From assembly GCA_964016885.1 (NCBI GenBank), contig OZ024751.1:19778001-19842000 (forward strand): a stretch of DNA of 64,000 nucleotides. Reading direction: 5' to 3'. This document shows positions 32,619 to 48,215 of the stretch, one piece after another. The translations under genes and the position numbers were made by a program. The notes beneath the pieces were generated by a model. The model saw only the letters and a program-made list of their open reading frames with translations. It ran no database searches and was not told the DNA's origin. This DNA is from Eledone cirrhosa (lineage: Eukaryota). How positions within the stretch are numbered: position 1 is the first letter of the stretch; each line of letters starts with the position of its first letter.

Positions 32619-33175
32619 AAAATAATAATAATAAAAATGAAGGTGGTGCCCCAGCATGGCCGCAGTCTAATAACTGAAACGTGTGAAACAATGAGAGAAT
32701 AACAATATTCCCTATTTCTTATACTATATACCAATTTCTTATACCACTCCTTTTCTTATTCACCTTTTACATTACATATTTTTTCTTCTTCTATGTAAAT
32801 TAGTTCGCACCTGTATAAACTATTTCATAGCTTTTCCATGTTTAATTCTCATATTATTTATTTTATTTTTTTTATTTTATTTTTATTTATATCTATTTAT
32901 TTATTATGTTTTGTTTTTGTAAAAATATTTTATGCCAATTTTCTAATTTACGTTTCAAGTAGGTTGGAATGATGGCGCATTTCCTCTGTTTACCATCTCA
33001 AGATATTTAACGCCACAACATATTGTAAATGACAAACATTGGGGGCTTTGGAGTTTAATTTGAGAGAAAGTTCTAGAGTATTCTGTCGTGTAAACAACCC
33101 ATCCCTACATTAATATTTTCTTTTATATAGACACAGACAGATACTCGTACACACAACACACACATATGTATGTGT

Positions 33176-33241
<66 letters not shown>

Positions 33242-33374
33242 GAGAGACAAATAGACGTGTGTGTTTATATATATATATATAGAGAGAGAGAAAAGAGACG
33301 TGTATATATATATATATATATATATTCAACACACGTTTTCAGATAAAGAATCTTGCTAAACAAATTCAGAAACG

Positions 33375-33416
<42 letters not shown>

Positions 33417-33494
33417 AAGAGAGGAGAGAGAGAGAGACGTGTATCTATATATATCTATATATATATATCTATATCTATATATATCTATATATAT

Positions 33495-33530
<36 letters not shown>

Positions 33531-33755
33531 GTGTGCATAAAAAGAGAGAGAGAAAGCGAGATGTATATGCATATATATATATCCGTCGGTGCCTACATGA
33601 AATGTATATGCGTGTGAGCATATATATATGTCTCTGCGTGTATGTATGTATGTGTGTATATACGTATATATAACGCAATAAAATTCGTTATAGAATTGTC
33701 TACTTTTCTTCTTGTTTGACAAATTTAGCAATCGACAGATGAATTAGTAACCATT

Positions 33756-34228
33756 ATTACGGGGTCGATAGGGCGGTGGATTGGCAGTATCGGTGGAGGG
33801 TCGGACGCCATGCTTTCCAGCATAGTTACGTCCCTTTACGATCTGAGTTCAAATCCTGCGAGGTTGACTTTGCCTTTCATCCTTACGGGGTCGATAAAAT
33901 AAAGTACCAGTAATGTACTGGGTAATTGCTGGCCTTGTGCCAAAAGTAGAAACAATTATTACGGGGTCGATAAAATAAAGTACCAGTAATGCACTGGGTG
34001 ATTGCTGGTCTTGTGCCTAAAGTATAAACAATTATTATAATGATTGGCAGTATCAGTAAAGGGTCGGACGCCATGCTTTGAGGCATAGAGTTACGGCCCT
34101 TGCCATTCTGAGTTCAAATCCCGCCGAGGTTTACTTTGCCTTTCATCCTTACGGAGTCGATAAAATAAAGTACCAGTTATACACCGGGTCATTGCTGGCC
34201 TTGTGCCAAAAGTAGAAACAATTATTAT
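33756..34228 (+). mobile_element. Tandem SINE family A cluster (full, 3' fragment, full)
   Basis: 33771-33960, 33959-34037 and 34042-34228. Confidence 0.9.
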
Positions 34229-34244
34229 AATATTGTAATTTCAT

Positions 34245-34334
<90 letters not shown>

Positions 34335-34513
34335 ATGTATATATGTATATATATATATGTATATATATGGGCGTATTTCTTGTCTATTCTAATTTTGACG
34401 TTTAAGTTAATTTAGCTAATGTTTGCCTCATCAATTATTTCATTATTTAATTGTGCAGCAAATTTAGAATTATAATGTATATTGCTATAACAAACTATAT
34501 TACATCATTATAT

Positions 34514-34591
<78 letters not shown>

Positions 34592-34898
34592 AAGTTATAT
34601 CTGTATGCATACAAAGTATGTAACCAAATCTGCACAAATATGTGTATGTAAATATGCATATATTTCGTATATAGACATGTACACATGCCAGAAAATACGA
34701 ATTTCCCTTTAATCGATTTTCATCAGAAGGTATGAATGTGTGTGTATGTGTGTGTGTGTGCGTATATGTATATATATATATATAGATAGAATTAATACAT
34801 CTACCAACATATGCGTACAGATGTACACTAATACTAGTAAATATATAAGTTATGTCAAAGTACCTAGGTGGTTCAATGCAGGGGGATGCAGAACAATT

Positions 34899-35000
34899 AT
34901 ATGAAAGACGTAAAATAAGAAAATTTTAAAAATTAAAAATTAACTTACTTACTAAATAAGTAAGTTAATTTTTAATTTTTTAAATTTCTTATTTTACGTC

Positions 35001-35008
<8 letters not shown>
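34899..35008. repeat. About 50-bp-arm hairpin next to (TA)n
   Basis: atgaaagacgtaaaataagaaa..acttactta / taagtaagt..tttcttattttacgtctttcat. Confidence 0.85.
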
Positions 35009-35081
<73 letters not shown>

Positions 35082-35173
35082 CAAAAGGGATATTTAATTT
35101 GTTGGTAATTCAAGAAATATAAATGTTTAGTTTATAACTGATTCGAAGCACTCGACAAGTTCTCTCGAGTATA

Positions 35174-35455
35174 ATATTCAATGATATTAAATAAATGGAA
35201 ACTATATTTATAAAACCATATTTATTCTATTATATATATTTCAAGGGTACCAAAACTTTGATACGCACTCATCAGATAAAAACTTTGAAAAACTTGAACC
35301 GTTAAGAGTTTCTCCTGGATATGTCAATATTTATAAACAAACTTTGTATTTTATCTGATGAGAGCGGGCCAAAGTTTTGGTACCCTTGAAATATATATAA
35401 TAGAATAAATATGGTTTTATAAATATAGTTTCCATTTATTTAATATAATTGAATA

Positions 35456-35456
<1 letters not shown>
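35174..35456. mobile_element. Fold-back element family P4 with an HHR in each arm
   Basis: Arms 35174-35281 and 35349-35456; same family as 51048-51155. Confidence 0.85.
35347..35407 (+). ncRNA. Type I hammerhead ribozyme (mirror 35223-35281 on -)
   Basis: tattttat CTGATGA gag..ctt GAAA tatata TA atagaata. Confidence 0.7.
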
Positions 35457-35538
<82 letters not shown>

Positions 35539-35539
35539 A

Positions 35540-35660
35540 AATAAAATAACAAGGACGATTGGTTACTCCTTCATTACGTTTATTGGTTGGTGACGCGCGT
35601 TTCGCCACTGACCAGCTCAAGGTTTGATCCGTATCGATCAAACCCGACTCTGCAATGGTA
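35540..35660 (-). mobile_element. Family P3: HHR 3' half plus AATAAA tail
   Basis: Minus strand: gc GAAA cgcgcg TC accaacc AATAAA. Confidence 0.65.
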
Positions 35661-35754
35661 ATGGAAAAATTAATATACATACAGTAACTCCAAGTTACAC
35701 TCCCGGAATATATATATATATATAATGTGTGTGGTGTAAACTTTAACTTGTACA

Positions 35755-35808
<54 letters not shown>

Positions 35809-35811
<3 letters not shown>

Positions 35812-35995
35812 GAGCGACGTGAAATAAAGTGTCTTGCTCAAGGACAATCAATTGGTTAGAGAACTGGATTCGCAATCGTGAGGTTGTCAGTTCGATTCCG
35901 CGCGATGGGTTATGTCCTTGGGCAAGACACTTTATTTCACGTTGCTCCTTCTACCTGGAGTTGCGACCGATAGACAATATTAGCAATTGGAAAGA
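35809..35995 (+). mobile_element. SINE family B with inverted 38-bp 5' duplication
   Basis: 35809-35846 is the near reverse complement of 35913-35950. Confidence 0.7.
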
Positions 35996-36051
35996 CCAAC
36001 GGAAACATAGTATCCTCGGTCCGATTTGACGAAAGTCGAGCGATATGTATA

Positions 36052-36273
36052 TAAGATGTCCCCAAAATATGTATCACAGTTCAACAGCAAAAAAATGTCT
36101 TAAAATAAATTCTGTTTTATATGTATCATTTAAATTTAGTAAACATGTTTGGGTGTTTATATACAATTGAATTATGTCTGTAGATCATTTTATTTTTGGG
36201 AAAGGTTGTGCATTGTAAAAAATATCGCCTGTACAGGTCATCAAAGTGTCTATACATTTTTTGCGGACACCCT
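36052..36273. mobile_element. Degenerate Tc1/mariner MITE
   Basis: gatgtccccaaaatatgtat / atacattttttgcggacaccct-ata. Confidence 0.5.
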
Positions 36274-36573
36274 ATATATATGAATGAAGTTTAACGAAGC
36301 TACCCGTTTAGCTACAGCCTTTATCTTCTCACTCAATTAAAGTTTGGACACCAAACTTTAATTAGTTAGTAAACGGATTAGTGAGGGTACAATTAAGAGA
36401 CCCGAACTGTAGCAGTTTATTTGGCCCTTCTTGTGCACAACAGTTGCATCAGGAAGGGTTACTCATATCAACTTACTCGTGCAATATTTCCAAATATTAT
36501 ATCACCAGGACTGACCTAACATTTTATTAGTGGTAGTTCAGTCCTAATCCAAATAGATGATTCATCTGCGAGT

Positions 36574-36670
<97 letters not shown>

Positions 36671-36683
36671 GTATATATATATA

Positions 36684-36915
36684 TAACGAAGGAGTTGTGG
36701 TAAGCAACCAGATGGACCATAACGCACCAGAGTACTCAATACTTAGGGTAGTAGAGTGGGTAATAGGAAAAAGTATGACCCCGACGGCGGAGCTCAAGCC
36801 GTTTCGACGGCTATTTCTGGACTAAATTAGAATTTATAGTCTGAAATTCTAATTTAGTCCAGAAATAGCCGTCGAAACGGCTTGAGCTCTGCCATCGGGA
36901 TCATACTTTTTCCTA
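36684..36915 (-). mobile_element. Fold-back element family P1 copy 4
   Basis: Reverse complement of 633-840 with a longer hairpin. Confidence 0.85.
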
Positions 36916-36939
36916 TATATATATATATATGTATATATG

Positions 36940-36970
<31 letters not shown>

Positions 36971-37011
36971 GTATATATATATGTATATATATATATATGT
37001 ATATATATATG

Positions 37012-37128
<117 letters not shown>

Positions 37129-37234
37129 CCTGTTGATTTAGATACGTTCCCGACTGGAGACGATGGTATTCCTGGAGTTGCGTCAAACTGTTTATGTAAA
37201 TTTGAGTATGTGTTGGTTGGATACCCACTCTTCA

Positions 37235-37275
<41 letters not shown>

Positions 37276-37572
37276 GTGTGTACATACGTACAAATATCTG
37301 TGTGTATATATATACAGATGTATATATATATATATATATGTGTGTGTGTATGTACACACGTACATATGTCTCTGTGTGTATAAATATATATATATATGGA
37401 TATATATATATGTGTTTGTGTGTGTGTGTGTACACTTACATATGCCTGTATGTATATATATATATGTTTGTGTGAATATGTGTGTATGTGTACACATGTG
37501 TACACACTTAAATATGCCTGTGTGAATATGTGTTTGTCTGTGAATGCACACATATATATGCATGTATATCTA

Positions 37573-37615
<43 letters not shown>

Positions 37616-37832
37616 CATGCATATATATGTGTGCATTCACAGACAAACACATATTCACACAGACAATCACACACACACACATACACACATATATATATAT
37701 ATATATATATATGTGTGTATGTGTGTGTGTGTGATTGTCTGTGTGAATATATATATATATATATTTACATGCATATATATGTGTGCATTCACAGACAAAC
37801 ACATATATTCATACAGACAAACACACACACAC

Positions 37833-37886
<54 letters not shown>

Positions 37887-37982
37887 GCATATATATATAT
37901 GTGTGCATTCACAGACAAACACATATTCACACAGACAATCACAGTGAATGTCAGTGAATGCACACACATATATATATGTATG

Positions 37983-38021
<39 letters not shown>

Positions 38022-38076
38022 CTTTGTCTGTATGAATATATGTGTTTGTCTGTGAATGCAAACATATATATGCATG

Positions 38077-38143
<67 letters not shown>

Positions 38144-39173
38144 GTATGCAAATAGAAATGTCTACATATATGCCTATAACGTAATAGTCAACAAGCTCTC
38201 CCCGGGAAGAAAGACATAATTGCCAATAGTAAAATGTATTTCTTTCAAGCCTAATCAACTGTACTCATTGCTATTTACCGAAGCAGTCTAATACATGTAA
38301 AGGAACTTGTGTAATTGAATATAATGAGTATTCTAAATTTATTTATTCACACTCTGCTGTACTGCTATCATGTGAAGGCTCTCCTTGATCTTATGTATAC
38401 ATTTCACCATCATCATCATCATAATTAAATGTGTATGTATATATATGTGTATGTGTATGTATATATATATATGTGTATGTATGTATATATGTGTGTATAT
38501 ATGTATATGTATATATATATTTGTGTATATATGTATGTGTATGTGTATGTATATGTGTATGTATATATATGTGTATGTATATATATGTGTATATATATGT
38601 GTATGTATATATATGTGTATGTATATATATGTGTATGTGTATATATATGTGTATGTATATATATATATGTATGTATATATATATATGTATGTTTATATAT
38701 ATGTATGTTTATATATATGTATGTATATATGTGTATGTGTATATATGTGTATGTATATATATGTGTATGTATATATATATGTGTATGTATATATATGTGT
38801 GTATGTATATACGTATATATATATATATATGTACGTATATATATGTGTATGTGTATATATATGTATGTATATATATATATATGTATATATATGTGTATGT
38901 TTGTGTATGTATATGTGTATATATGTGTGATTGTGTATGTATATATATATGTGTATGTATGATGTGTGTGATGTATGTGTTTCTATGCATATATATGTGT
39001 GTGTGTGTGTGTATGCATATCTATGTGTGTGTGTGTGTGTATGCATATCTATGTGTGTGTGTGTGTATATATATTAATACATTATAGTAATGTAATGTAT
39101 ATTTATGTAATAATATTCTAAAAGAAAGCCATATTCTGTAAACAGCTGGGTTGTTTGAGTAGCACCCAACACC

Positions 39174-39215
<42 letters not shown>

Positions 39216-39315
39216 GGTGTCTGTGTTAATTTAGAATGTTGGTGGTATGATACCCAGAGGTTAAACCTCGTTTGACACCAACCCGCCTTAAATTGACTTA
39301 TTGGTTATTTGATAC

Positions 39316-39958
39316 AAACTTTCTCATTTTGAAGTGCTTAGGTAACACGATAGAAAGTTTCTCATTTTGAACTGTATTTGTTATACGATAGAAGTCCCAT
39401 TTTGAAGTGTATTGGTAACACAATATAAAGTTTCTCACTTAGAAATATATTGGTTACATGATCAAAAGTTTCTCACTTTGAAGTTGGTTACACGTTAGCA
39501 AGTTTCTCATTTTAAAGTGCTTTTGTTAAACAATACAAAGTTTCTCATTTTGAACTGTATTTGTTATACGATAGAAGTCCCATTTTGAAGTGTATTGGTA
39601 ACACAAGACAAAGTTTCTCACTTAGAAATATATTGGTTACATGATCAAAAGTTTCTCACTTAGAAGTTGGTTACACGTTAGCAAGTTTCTCATTTTAAAG
39701 TGCTTTTGTTAAACAATACAAAGTTTCTCATTTTGAACTGTATTTGTTATACGATAGAAGTCCCATTTTGAAGTGTATTGGTAACACAATACAAAGTTTC
39801 TCACTTAGAAATATATTGGTTACATGATCAAAAGTTTCTCACTTTGAAGTTGGTTACACGTTAGAAAGTTTCTCATTTTAAAGTGCTTTTGTTAAACAAT
39901 ACAAAGTTTCTCATTTTGAAGTGTATTGGTTACAGGATAGGAAGCTTCTCACTTTGAC
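39316..39958. repeat. Minisatellite: 34-38-bp monomers in a 183-bp five-mer higher-order repeat
   Basis: Same block starts at 39358, 39541 and 39724. Confidence 0.92.
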
Positions 39959-40182
39959 CTATCTATATTTACATTTACAACGTTAAGCCGTAATCTTTAT
40001 AGTAGAAACAATCTAAGGTTAGGTTAGGTTATGTTCCAAAATATCAACTTTCATAAAGGTGAAATTAATAATTTAATTAAACTAACCTCGAAATTCTTGA
40101 TTATTTATCTTGAGTCTTCACATATATACACACGCAAACATGTGTGTACGCACGCACACACACACACACACACACGCAATTT

Positions 40183-40240
40183 ACACCTGCTGAGGTCACC
40201 GGGTTCTTACGCAACCTGGCCACTGAAATGTGCATAGTGT
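40183..40240 (+). ncRNA. Type I hammerhead with one core mutation (CTGCTGA)
   Basis: acac CTGCTGA gg..ccgggtt/aacctgg..ct GAAA tgtgca TA gtgt, then aataaa. Confidence 0.55.
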
Positions 40241-40297
40241 TTATAATAATAAAAAATTACGGAAATTCAACATATTTGGTATCCTATCATTTCACTT

Positions 40298-40359
<62 letters not shown>

Positions 40360-40360
40360 G

Positions 40361-40410
<50 letters not shown>

Positions 40411-40515
40411 AACAGTGCTTTGAGAAAAAAACCATGCTTCTGCACTGAGTATATAAAATAATCGAGATATCAGAGGTAAACATTATTCCATCATTGTTTT
40501 TCTGTTCAAATTCTA

Positions 40516-40574
40516 GCTATCTGATGAGGTCACAGCTGTTGCATAATGGTTATCACCGAAATATGTATAACAGC
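40516..40574 (+). ncRNA. Type I hammerhead ribozyme (family P5)
   Basis: gctat CTGATGA ggt..acc GAAA tatgta TA acagc. Confidence 0.65.
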
Positions 40575-40636
40575 GAATATGAATAATCGAAGTTAATTTT
40601 AACCTGTTGACTTACTCTTTTTGTTTATTATTATTT

Positions 40637-40812
40637 TGGCAGTATCGGTAGAGGGTTGGACGCCATGCTTTCTAGCATAGTTACGTCCCTTTACAGTCTG
40701 AGTTCAAATCCCGCCGAGGTTAACTTTGCCTTTCATCCTTACGGGGTCGATAAAATAAAGTACCAGTAATGTACTGGGTAATTGCTGGCCTTGTGCCTAA
40801 AGTAGAAACAAT

Positions 40813-40817
<5 letters not shown>
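40637..40817 (+). mobile_element. SINE family A
   Basis: Consensus match. Confidence 0.9.
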
Positions 40818-40857
<40 letters not shown>

Positions 40858-40860
<3 letters not shown>

Positions 40861-40908
40861 TTCTACAGGACTAGAACTGTTTCATTCTTTAGAAATCATC
40901 AGGAATCT
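40858..40908 (-). ncRNA. Type I hammerhead ribozyme (family P6)
   Basis: Minus strand: agattc CTGATGA t ttc-taaa-gaa t GAAA cag..ctg TA gaatct. Confidence 0.7.
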
Positions 40909-41015
40909 ATATTAAAACTTTTATACTCTGCTATGTATTGAGTACCTTACTTACTGTGGTTACCTTCGATTCAACCCGGAATAACTTACCTATATATATA
41001 TATATATATATATAG

Positions 41016-41168
41016 TTTATGAATGAAACAGTTCTAGTCCTGTAGGAGTCATTTCTATCATAAGATAATGTTGCCTATACTCCACTAACGTACTGAGTAC
41101 CTTTTTTTAATTGTGGTCACCATCCTATATACGATCCGAACCCATCTATATTTGAGACACCCTTTGGG
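41016..41168 (+). mobile_element. Family P6 fragment (HHR 3' half plus tail)
   Basis: gaat GAAA cagttctagtcctg TA, then tactgagtacc tail. Confidence 0.6.
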
Positions 41169-41184
41169 TGTGTGTGTGTGTGTG

Positions 41185-43895
<2,711 letters not shown>

Positions 43896-43939
43896 TTAAT
43901 ACATTAACAGAGACATAATTAAATACATCTCTCTTGAAA

Positions 43940-44051
43940 GGATAACAAGGACGATTGGTTACTCCTTCATTAGATTTATGGTAGGTGACGCGCGTCTCGC
44001 CACTGATCAGCTCAAGGTTCGATCTGTATCGATCTTACCCGACTCTATAAT
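43940..44051 (-). mobile_element. Family P3 copy
   Basis: Homologous to 35546-35655. Confidence 0.7.
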
Positions 44052-44337
44052 CGGCAGTTATTTACTGTGGCCATGCTGGAGCACTCTATTAGCCCTCACC
44101 CCATCTCCTTCCTCAGCATATCTTATTGTTTTGAAGAAGGAAGGGTAGGGCAAAGAATAAAGTAAAGACACGTTCATAGCTAGAATGGCTTCTGATTTTA
44201 CATCTGCCGTTTGGTTATGGCTGACTTAGTGTTAAACAACAAAAACGACGATACAAATATTAATGGCGGCACTACAACAACGGCAATAGAAGCGATAACA
44301 ATAGTAGCGACGATGACAACGATGACAAGAATAACAA

Positions 44338-44525
44338 TAATAATTGTTTCTACTTTAGGCACAAGGCCAGCAATTACCCAGTGCATTACTGGTACTTTAT
44401 TTTATCGACCCCGTAAGGATGAAAGGCAAAGTCAACCTCGGCGGGATTTGAACTCAGATCGTAAAGGGACCTAACTATGCTGGAAAGCATGGCGTCCGAC
44501 CCTCTACCGATACTGCCAATCCACC
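44338..44525 (-). mobile_element. SINE family A
   Basis: Reverse complement of consensus. Confidence 0.9.
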
Positions 44526-45222
44526 AACAGCAACAACAACAGCAACGGCGATGACGATAACAATACCAAGGTCGACAACAATAATAACAATAATGACAAC
44601 TGCGGTAACAGCAGCGTTGACAACGACGACAACAACCACAACGACAATAACAACAGTGACAATGATAAGAACGACGGCAACAACAACGACAACAACAACG
44701 GTGACAACAATAACTGCGACAACAACAATAACTGCGACAACAACAATAACTGCGACAAAAACAATAACTACGACAACAACTGTGACACGATAGAACGACG
44801 ACAGCAACAACTAAAACAACAACAGCAATGACAACGCCAACAATCACGACGACAGCAACAGCAGCAACAACCACGACGACGACAGCAACAACGGCAATAA
44901 CTACGACGGCGACAGCAACAGCAGCAACAACCACGACGACGACAGCAACAACGGCAACAACTACGACGACGACAGCAACAGCGGCAATAACTACAACGAC
45001 GACAGCAACAACGGCAACAACCACGACGACGACAGCAACAGCGGCAACAACCACGACGACGACAGCAACAGCAGCAACAACCACGACGACGACAGCAACA
45101 ACGGCAATAACTACAACGACGACAGCAACAACGGCAATAACTACGACGACGACAGCAACAGCGGCAACAACCACGACGACAGCAACAGCGGCAATAACTA
45201 CGACGACGACGACATCAGTAAC
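44526..45222. repeat. (ACA/ACG)n tract with a 30-bp period
   Basis: Direct reading. Confidence 0.92.
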
Positions 45223-45682
45223 ATGAAGAAGAAGAATGAGATGTGATGTCTTGCATGATTTATATAATTGATATTAGAATTTTCTAGATGACTTAGAAAG
45301 AAGACTTAGTAATTCCTTATAGATTTGATTGTCAAATTTAATTTATTAACTTCAGATCTCACTCCAAAGTTATCAGCCATCTTTCAAAGCTTCACAAGTT
45401 AACTCTTCTTGGCTTTTTACTTTCACTTTCACTTTTGCTTGTTTCTTTTCGAGTTGTGTTTTATTAGTCTTTAAATTGTTGATTTTGTTCTTCTTGTTGT
45501 TATTGTTGTTTCATAGCCCTAGGTTAATGCTTGTTGAGTTTAGTCAATAAATAATCAAAGAGATTCCAGAGGTAACGATCTAGTTTGTTTTTTTTTAATA
45601 GTAATGCAGGACTACATTATCTAACATGTCAGTGATTCCTTTGCTAAGCATCCTGCCATGACCATCCCCATTTTTATGGCTA

Positions 45683-45860
45683 TTGGCAGTATCGGTAGAG
45701 AGTCTGACGCCATGCTTTGCAGCATAGTTACGTCCCTTTATGATCCGAGTTCAAATCCCGCCGAGGTTAACTTTGCCTTTCATCCTTACGGGGTCGATAA
45801 AATAAAGTACCAGTAATGTACTGGGTATTTGCTGGCCTTGTGCCAAAAGTAGAAACAATT
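45683..45860 (+). mobile_element. SINE family A
   Basis: Consensus match. Confidence 0.9.
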
Positions 45861-46758
45861 GTCTGTCTTATTTTTGATTCTACTGTATGTGTTGTTGCTG
45901 CTGCTGCTGTTCAGCACTCCATCCATGACCGTCTCCATTTTATGGTCATGCAGGACTACATTGTCTAATATGTTATTGTTGTTCCTGCTGCAGGTGTTAT
46001 TGTTGTTTGGCTCGATATTTGATCCGGTTCTCTGATCTCTCGGTTCAAATCCCGCTGAGATCTGTTTCGCCTTTCACCGTTTCAGGTTCAATTATTGACG
46101 TTCAACTCCATGTGTAGTTGTTTGACAGATTTGCTAAAGGATCAGATAGATTTTCTTGTGGCATCTGGTTTGGTTTTGTGCGTTATGAGTTCAAATCCCA
46201 CCCCTTTTCACTGGAAAGGCAGTAACGTTTCTGCCAGAAGTAGCCACCGCCAGACTGTATCAGCAATGGAAAGACCACAAGAAACAGTTATTTATTTTGG
46301 GGGTCAGATCTGACAATCGGCTCCTTTCTTTAGATTTTGTTTTAAAAGGTTTAGCTGCTATTTCTAGCCAGTCGAATGAATTATGTAATTAATATATCTC
46401 ATGTACAGACTGTAGATATTTATGTAAGACAAGTCCTATTATACAAGTTCAAACGTTAATACATATTTCCTGAAAATACATTATTTGGCTTCAGACTGGG
46501 AATTTTAAACATTTAATTTGAAAATTGTTGGTTTCATTTCAAACATAATTATATCAACAATTTAATGATCGGAAAATAATAGTTATTAATTTAATTAAAA
46601 TGATTGTATAAACTATATTATATTGATGTTTAACGCCAAGGTTAAACTTGATCAAACAGAAGTATAATAAAGCATGCGTTTGTTTTGAAGACAGCAAGCG
46701 AAAATTGAAATTTAGTAGAAATAGAAGCTTTCGCCGTATTTTTGTCTAAAGAAATTTA

Positions 46759-46909
46759 CCGTATTTCTCGGCGCCGAAGACGCTACTTTTTTCCTAAAAT
46801 AAGTCTAAAAAAATCTACAATGCGTCTTGGAGGCCGAAGGTTGTTTATTATTTTTTTCAAATTTTTGGTTGTCAAAATTAGGGTGCGTCTTCGGCGCCGG
46901 GAAATACAG
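46759..46909. mobile_element. pogo/Tc1-mariner-type MITE
   Basis: TIRs ccgtatttctcggcgccgaagacgc / gcgtcttcggcgccgggaaatacag; TA on both sides. Confidence 0.85.
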
Positions 46910-47002
46910 TAACCTGATAGTGGGGTTTAGAAACCTCTAAAATAGAAAAGGATGAGTATTGACGTACATGTATGTCAATACTCCTACGAATCTAATATAT
47001 TA

Positions 47003-47173
47003 CGAGGGTCAGCTGAAACGTTCATAGGCTCAGGAAATGACCAAATAAGGTTTATTTATCAACCTAATCCCTGGAAAGAAACCATACAGTTATTAATAAG
47101 AGTTGAAATTAATGCATGCAACTCTAGCATCACTCCTTCATAGTCAGCCTACGATCCTTTCAGTTGACCCTCG
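47003..47173. mobile_element. Mariner-type MITE
   Basis: TIRs cgagggtcagctgaaa / tttcagttgaccctcg; TA on both sides. Confidence 0.85.
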
Positions 47174-47349
47174 TACGAGAGAATATTTCGAATCTTTTTT
47201 CTTAAGTTAAGAACGAATGAAGAACATCATATATTGTTACATGTAAAGTTAACATTCATCGTGTATAAACAACCTTTTGAACCACAGCTTTGTCTCCTTA
47301 TATAAATACATGGCTTAGCTTTCATATAAATATCTGTCTTAGTTTTATA

Positions 47350-47434
<85 letters not shown>

Positions 47435-47504
47435 ACACAATCTTAGTTTATAAGTCGTCAAAGTAGAGATTAATGGACTAAATAAATATGTATGTATGTG
47501 TATG

Positions 47505-47543
<39 letters not shown>

Positions 47544-48062
47544 TCTTTAAGATATAGCCTGTCTTTTATATAAATATGGCGTAGTTTTCATAAAAGAAAT
47601 ATGGAAGCTTTTAAGGTGTTAACAAATAGCCCATTAATAGAAGAAAGTAAAGTTTGTCTTTATAGTCTTAAAATAACATGTTATATAGTCTTTTACAGAT
47701 ATGTACAAACATGTAAACATACATATATCAAATTGTCTATGTGTAGGTGGTCAACTCACACACAGGAATAAATATACACATACACATACACATACACACA
47801 AGTTAGAACTGGTCATTCCATATAGCCAGCCATGTTGTAATATTAGGAAAAGCACTCGACGTTATGCAACTCATCCATCTTTGATGGTGATGCGAAATAA
47901 ATCTTTGAAAGAATTTCACCAGTCCGGCCTCCGGTCATTTTACTGAATAATTATAATTATATATATATGGCCTCAGCCGGATGGCTGAAACAGGTAAAAG
48001 AGTAAAAGAGTATATATATATGTATATATATATATATATGTTTATCAGGAGGAGGGGGGGGG

Positions 48063-48215
48063 GGTAACAACAGTAAGTAAGGTACTCAATACATACCAGA
48101 GTATAAACAGTAAGTAAGGTATTCAATACATACCAGAGTATAAACATTTAATATAGAAATGGCTTCTAGAGGATTAGAACTTTTTAATTCGCGAGAAATC
48201 ATCAGGAAGCTGACT
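48063..48215 (-). mobile_element. Family P6 copy with decayed HHR (48162-48210) and duplicated tail
   Basis: gcttc CTGATGA tttc..gaat TAAA..TA gaagc; tail motif gtattga(a/g)taccttacttactg occurs twice. Confidence 0.65.

Noticed and set aside
40015-40031. Telomeric ttagg repeats
   Set aside because: Only about three units at an internal position.
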